Shown: positions 53,538 to 58,324 of the stretch, piece by piece | How the letters are laid out: each line of letters begins with the position of its first letter | Numbering within the stretch: the stretch's first letter is position 1 | Assembly: GCA_031426555.1 (NCBI GenBank) | Contig: JANPLN010000068.1 | Location: forward strand, 1-58,324 | DNA from: Bdellovibrionales bacterium | GTDB taxonomy: Bacteria; Bdellovibrionota; Bdellovibrionia; Bdellovibrionales; JAGQZY01 | Reading direction: 5' to 3' | Length of the DNA stretch: 58,324 nt | Made by a program: the position numbers and the translations under genes | The notes under the pieces: model-generated | What the model was told of the DNA's origin: nothing | What the model saw: only the letters and a program-made list of their open reading frames with translations | The model's database searches: none

Positions 53538-56242
53538 TGACAGGTTTCACAAATCTTGACATCTTTTGGCTGAGGTCGAAAGACCCCTTTTTGGATGGCA
53601 GCGAGGTGTTGAGAAATCAGCGCCGAAAACTGTTCGTCGTGCTCCAACTTTTTTTCTGCCGAAACGGTTTTTACTTTTGTTTCCAGACCCACGAAACCAT
53701 TCTCTTCGGTTTCAAGAATATACCCCGAACCGCGCTTTTTATCTTTTAAGAAAATATATTCTGCGGCTTTCACTGGAGCGGGATCAATGGTCTCCGCCAG
53801 GCCACTCTCAACGGCTTGCGCATACAGTGTCATCTGAAACTGACTATTGCCAAGCCACGACGAGAAAGCCTTAAGGCCTGCGCCCTTCGACGTCTTGTAG
53901 TCGATAATGGCGAATCGCCCCCTTGCATCTCTGTCTACACGGTCAATTTTTCCCGAAAACAAAAACGACTTTTCACTTTGCGGCTCGGGCGTCAGCATAA
54001 TCTGCTGGTCCTCACTCGTGATATAACCGCGCAGCGGAACTTCTAGGCCCGCCGTTTGTATCTGTGGATGGGAGATTCTGTACTCTAATTCCAAGGAGAT
54101 AAAATTTTGGATGAACGCGAGCTGACGGCTCTTTTCGTTGAGCCAAAACTTTTGCAGTGGGAATTTTGCGGCCATCTCTTGCATGACTGTCTCGTAGAGT
54201 GCGTCTAAAGCGTTTTTATCCACATTCAGGCTTGGATATTTTTGCAAAAGAACTTCGAGCACTCGGTGCAAAATCTGACCGTTGTACATCGGATCGATTT
54301 CGAGGTCGTAGGTCTCCTGCGGAGAAAGTTTTAACACGCGCTCGACAAAAAATTTAAAACCGCACTCGTCAAACTTCTGCAACTGACTTGCCGAAAGCTT
54401 TGGCATATGCTTCAACTGAATATCCTGGTAACCGTCGAGCGAAAACTCCTTGCTCAACTTTTTACCAAATGCTGGCTCCTTGTCTTGCGAGTGCAGGTTA
54501 AAGCGAATCAATTCATCCCAGCGCGTTGAATACACTTCTTGCGATTCGCTAAGGCCTACGAGATTTTCCTTCAGCCAAAAATGCGACGCCAGTTGCGGAT
54601 CGCCTAAAAAATCACTTTCGGAGTGCAGCAAGGTGGACTGGAGGGTTTGCCGCTGCAAGATCCAACGCAAGTTGAATTCTGATTTTTGACTCTCGGGTTT
54701 TGGTAAATAAAATCCCAGATCTCTCTGGATTGTAAAAACGTCGGTCATACTCAACGGACTCTTTTGGATTTCGAAAAGATGCTTCTGTTCGCACCCCAAA
54801 ACAAAAAGATGTTCACAGTCCGTCCAGTCCGCGGCATCGAGACTAAGAATATGTATGCCTTTGGGATCTTCACGATAAATAGGAATTTCGTAACGACTCA
54901 GAATAAGCTCCAGATATTTAAGCCAAATGTCGTAGGACATTTCGTCGTCCAACGACATATCTTTCATCAAGCGATCGGCGATCTCGTTGATCAACTCGTC
55001 GTCCCCATTGACGGCTCCATTGTCGGCTCCATTGTCGTCGCCCTTTTTACCGACCTGTAGCCACTGCGTAAACAACAGATCGATAAAATCTGCAAGCACC
55101 AGCGGCTTTTTTTGTGCCTTTGGCAAAGTGAAAAACTCACGCATTTGCTTTGAGTCGTAATTGTTGAAAAAATTCTTTTTAAATTCGGCAAACGGGATTT
55201 TATGCTCTTCGGTCTCCGAAAAATACATCATCGCTTGCAAATGAGCCTCGGAAAACTCTTCCTTTAACGTTTGCAGCCGCGAAAGCCATTTTTGCACATC
55301 TGGAAGGGCAATCGCCCGCACCACAATTCGTTTGTAAGCGGGCACCCCTTCCACGTCCAAGTGTGTCCTTAGCAAGGGCCAGTAATCTTCGATCACCGGA
55401 GAACAAATGGAGATCTGGGAAGGCGAAACGCCCTGATCCAAAAGTTGGCGAACCCGGCCAACAACATTTTTAACTTCTTTAAGTACACTACTCTCCGCAA
55501 CTGTTTGCACTTTGACCGAAATTTCTTGCGGGTTCACCTGGGACAGCTGAGCCGCCTGCAGCAATCGTTCGTAGGTTGACAACGCATGGGCGTACTCCTT
55601 CAGCCACGCCGGTTGCGGAACAAATACAACCACCTCTTTGTCTTGACTCAAGCGAAGGATCATTTCGACTTCGTCGTGCTGGAGGTCCAAGCCTAAATCA
55701 AAATAAATTTTTTGCTGCTCGCCAAAATACAAGTCGTCTTTTCCCGACAACAAACTTAAAATCCATGGCCGCCCGATCCACTTTTTTTGGTTCAGTGTGA
55801 CAAGCAAATCTTCGGCCAACTTCCACCAGGGCAACAGTTTTTGCGTGCGCTGCTCATCGCCACTCAACCATTCTAAAAATAAGGACTTTTGCTGGGAATA
55901 TAAAACCGGCGATGTTTGCGCCAAAAAATTATAAAACATTTCAATGTCGCTAAGCTGAATGGGCGTTTGATTTTTTTCAAACCAATCTTCGATAAATGCA
56001 TATATTAAACTTTCACTCACCGGGCGCCACTCAGGAAGATTCACCGAAAACAGCCACTGCCAGTACTCGGTGGCCCGCAGCACTGTTTGCGTAGGAATGC
56101 TTGCCGCGCTCTTCATAAATTGATCTTGCAACCATTTTTTCGCTTCGATGTGCGAAACAATCCACAAATCATCCAGCGATGAGTTGTTATGGAAATGCTG
56201 TTTTTTTTCTTCTGGAGAACTAATAGCAATGAGGCGAAGCAT
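53501..56242 (-). CDS. addB: AddB-like PD-(D/E)XK nuclease subunit
   Basis: SASQL...C, GKIDRVD, IIDYKT, C-terminal CETC.....C Fe-S staple; overlaps addA. Start set at MLRLI because the longer ORF runs into the IS. Confidence 0.85.
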   Translation of the reverse strand: MLRLIAISSPEEKKQHFHNNSSLDDLWIVSHIEAKKWLQDQFMKSAASIPTQTVLRATEYWQWLFSVNLPEWRPVSESLIYAFIEDWFEKNQTPIQLSDIEMFYNFLAQTSPVLYSQQKSLFLEWLSGDEQRTQKLLPWWKLAEDLLVTLNQKKWIGRPWILSLLSGKDDLYFGEQQKIYFDLGLDLQHDEVEMILRLSQDKEVVVFVPQPAWLKEYAHALSTYERLLQAAQLSQVNPQEISVKVQTVAESSVLKEVKNVVGRVRQLLDQGVSPSQISICSPVIEDYWPLLRTHLDVEGVPAYKRIVVRAIALPDVQKWLSRLQTLKEEFSEAHLQAMMYFSETEEHKIPFAEFKKNFFNNYDSKQMREFFTLPKAQKKPLVLADFIDLLFTQWLQVGKKGDDNGADNGAVNGDDELINEIADRLMKDMSLDDEMSYDIWLKYLELILSRYEIPIYREDPKGIHILSLDAADWTDCEHLFVLGCEQKHLFEIQKSPLSMTDVFTIQRDLGFYLPKPESQKSEFNLRWILQRQTLQSTLLHSESDFLGDPQLASHFWLKENLVGLSESQEVYSTRWDELIRFNLHSQDKEPAFGKKLSKEFSLDGYQDIQLKHMPKLSASQLQKFDECGFKFFVERVLKLSPQETYDLEIDPMYNGQILHRVLEVLLQKYPSLNVDKNALDALYETVMQEMAAKFPLQKFWLNEKSRQLAFIQNFISLELEYRISHPQIQTAGLEVPLRGYITSEDQQIMLTPEPQSEKSFLFSGKIDRVDRDARGRFAIIDYKTSKGAGLKAFSSWLGNSQFQMTLYAQAVESGLAETIDPAPVKAAEYIFLKDKKRGSGYILETEENGFVGLETKVKTVSAEKKLEHDEQFSALISQHLAAIQKGVFRPQPKDVKICETCHWSSTCRAPHLR
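55005..55040. repeat. In-frame 12-bp tandem repeat x3 inside addB
   Basis: CCATTGACGGCT CCATTGTCGGCT CCATTGTCGTCG, encoding DDNG-ADNG-AVNG. Confidence 0.75.
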
Positions 56243-56310
56243 TTTCAAAAGGTGCCAGGTCCTAGAGGGTGATGCAAACAATGACGCGATTCTCAACCAA
56301 AAGGTACGGC

Positions 56311-57335
56311 GCTGTGGGCTAAATGCCAGTGCAACTCTGCAGATTGAAAAGTAAGCCACTCTTTGGCTACTTTCACGTCTGCGAAAACCGAAAGGAGTTG
56401 CACCATTATGGGCAAATACCAAAGAGTGGCTTACCAGGATAGATGCCATATATTTTTGGCTTTGAGAAGCGGACTTTCAAGATCTCAAATTGCTAAGCTT
56501 TTGGGGTTTAGTAAGTCGACGATTTACCGAGAAATCAGGCGAAATTCTTCACCAGGTTACAAACCACAATCGGCTCAAGTCAAAGCGGATATCAGGAAAG
56601 CTTTTTGTAGGAGACGATCGAAGATCGTTGCAGAGGCTGAGGATATGGTTCAGTACTTTTTACTGGAAGGTTGGACGCCGGATGAAATTTCGGGAAGACT
56701 AAAAGAAGAAAAGGTAAGGAGTGTATCAAAGACAACAATCTATAATTTTATAAAGAAAAAGCGTCCTGATTTAAAGGTTTTACTAAAGCGAGCTTGCCGA
56801 AGAGGAGCTGGGCGCCACATACAGAGGAGAATTACGCTTAAGAACAGACTCAACATTAGAGATCGATCACAAAAGATTAACAACCGGTCTCGCGTTGGAG
56901 ATTTCGAAAGAGACTGCATGCGGTTCTCGAATTTAAAGCAAGAGATTTTGATATGTACTGACAGGAAAAGTAGATATATCAAGCTTGCTTTAGCAGAAAG
57001 CCAAAGTCCGAAAGTGATTACACAACTGACGAAGAAGTTAATCGGAAAAAGCATAAAAACAATAACTAACGATAACGGCTTAGAATTTAGAGACAGTGTA
57101 AACATGAACTGTCCAGTATACTTCTGCGATCCTGGAAGACCCGACCAGCGCGGGACGGTAGAAAATGCAATCGGAAGGTTGAGACGGCAGCTACCTAAAA
57201 GTATGGATCCAAGAAATTTAGATCTCATTAGCATTGAGCATAAATTTAACCTGACGCCGAGAAAGTGCTTAAACTATCGTACTCCCTACGAAGTTTACCA
57301 TCGCAAAAAAGTCGCACTGGCAACTTGACGCCAGC
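56311..57335 (+). mobile_element. IS30-family insertion sequence, 1025 bp
   Basis: IRL GCTGTGGGCTAAATGCCAGTGCAAC; IRR (reverse complement) GCTGGCGTCAAGTTGCCAGTGCGAC; 3-bp direct repeat GGC at 56308-56310 and 57336-57338. Confidence 0.92.
56408..57328 (+). CDS. IS30-family DDE transposase
   Basis: HTH (IAKLLGFSKSTIYREIRRN), GDFERD, TNDNG.EF, QRGTVEN..G.LR, N.TPRKCL.YRTP; C-terminal VAL runs into IRR. Confidence 0.95.
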   Translation: MGKYQRVAYQDRCHIFLALRSGLSRSQIAKLLGFSKSTIYREIRRNSSPGYKPQSAQVKADIRKAFCRRRSKIVAEAEDMVQYFLLEGWTPDEISGRLKEEKVRSVSKTTIYNFIKKKRPDLKVLLKRACRRGAGRHIQRRITLKNRLNIRDRSQKINNRSRVGDFERDCMRFSNLKQEILICTDRKSRYIKLALAESQSPKVITQLTKKLIGKSIKTITNDNGLEFRDSVNMNCPVYFCDPGRPDQRGTVENAIGRLRRQLPKSMDPRNLDLISIEHKFNLTPRKCLNYRTPYEVYHRKKVALAT

Positions 57336-57349
57336 GGCGTACCTAAATG

Positions 57350-58324
57350 TTAGCGGCGCTGCTTTAAACGACGGCTGGTTTGGCGGGATTTTGAAAAGTT
57401 AAACCAGTCTCCGGATTTTGGGTCCACCCCAAAATCCATGGTGAGCTGAAGCATATAGCGACGGTCCTCGTGCTGCCCCACGTATTCGCCCAACTCTACG
57501 GCATAGGAGGCGACGTCCACTTGGAAAAGGAAAAAATCAAACGAGGCACCGTAGGTATAATAGCCTTGATTAAAACCTCCACGCAGAGTGAGGAGTGGAA
57601 GTTCCAACTCCAAACCCATATGCAATCTTTTACCAATTTGCACTTCGTTGGACGAGCCGTTTAACATTTTAAATTCAAGAGCGGGGCGAAGTTTGGCAAA
57701 GCCCATAAAATCTTTTTCCATTCCCACACCCACATTCATTCTGTCCTGAATTTTTTTGGGGGCGGGGTTCGTCGCACTAAAAGAAAATTTGGTATCGCCG
57801 ATATCTTGCCATGCAAAAGCGACGGACGGATTCCAATCCCCCGGCAGGGTGAGCTTTGCCCCAAAATCCATCCCATAGGCCACGCCAGTTTGGTTTGCTG
57901 TGTTTTCGATAAAATCCGAATCCAAATAGGCCAAAGTGGACGCAGTGATATCACCCGCGCCTGCATAGCGTGTGATCCGCTTTGCCGTAAAACCAATATC
58001 GAAAATATTCGGTATGATTTGTACACCGGCTCCACCAAACAAAACTACATCAGAATAAAAATTTGTTTCCAAATAAGGGAGTGCTGGATTCAGTAAGGTA
58101 AAACCCAAATTATTTCGTGCGTAGGCGCCAACAATAAACGGGCCAGCACTCAACGACATTTGATAATCCACCCGCACCCAAATAGGATCACCGTACAGCG
58201 CATTGAGAGTTTCCCCCACGTCGTCGGAATTATCAAAGATATCTTCGTATTCATTGTAAGAATCAATGGCATTCATACCCACACCAAGGCCCATCAACCG
58301 AAACTGAAACCCTTGCATACGCGC
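57350..58324 (-). CDS. Putative outer-membrane beta-barrel protein (TraF-like), 5'-truncated by the window edge
   Basis: The frame stays open to the window end; alternating aromatic/Gly strands such as GMDFG, LHMGLE, LRGGFNQGYYTYG. Confidence 0.65.
   Translation of the reverse strand, partial: ARMQGFQFRLMGLGVGMNAIDSYNEYEDIFDNSDDVGETLNALYGDPIWVRVDYQMSLSAGPFIVGAYARNNLGFTLLNPALPYLETNFYSDVVLFGGAGVQIIPNIFDIGFTAKRITRYAGAGDITASTLAYLDSDFIENTANQTGVAYGMDFGAKLTLPGDWNPSVAFAWQDIGDTKFSFSATNPAPKKIQDRMNVGVGMEKDFMGFAKLRPALEFKMLNGSSNEVQIGKRLHMGLELELPLLTLRGGFNQGYYTYGASFDFFLFQVDVASYAVELGEYVGQHEDRRYMLQLTMDFGVDPKSGDWFNFSKSRQTSRRLKQRR

Noticed and set aside
56243..56449. N-terminal 69-aa extension of AddB in the ORF track
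   Set aside because: It is read-through into the IS30 left end; the real start is probably at 56242.
56740..57234. 164-aa minus-strand ORF inside the IS
   Set aside because: Antisense to the transposase with no recognisable motifs.
57350..58324. Conjugative element suggested by a TraF-like barrel
   Set aside because: No other tra/T4SS, relaxase or integrase genes are in the window, and the gene lies in housekeeping context.

Overview
Core-chromosome window from what looks like a Bdellovibrionota (Bdellovibrio-like) bacterium. That taxonomy is inferred from gene content and synteny, not from a database search. Most genes are on the minus strand. In window order it carries: a partial rRNA operon (23S, tRNA-Ile, 16S, promoter, two boxA copies); a pair of radical SAM genes, one a domain-permuted version of the other; a stand-alone tRNA-Ala; rarA; a type IV pilus cluster (pilQPONM, pilD, pilI/pilH-like ABC genes); carB-orf-carA-pyrB; a decayed flavodoxin-like gene; an HNH endonuclease with a 760-bp structured non-coding upstream region; two lepB genes, lepA and metK; two paralogous 4-Cys lipoproteins; cysE, yhaM and purH; mlaD/F/E and alr; a degenerate receiver-GGDEF protein with a pseudo-sensor partner; a lysophospholipase; a compact secreted HExxH metalloprotease; a ZnuD-like TonB receptor with a perfect 33-bp operator and a downstream array of palindromic repeats; addA/addB; an intact IS30-family element; and a truncated beta-barrel gene. 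No CRISPR array or prophage was seen. The best candidates for new biology are the permuted radical SAM pair, the HNH gene with its possible RNA, the catalytically dead sensor/GGDEF pair, and apparently leaderless promoters including a T-tract start region at pyrB.
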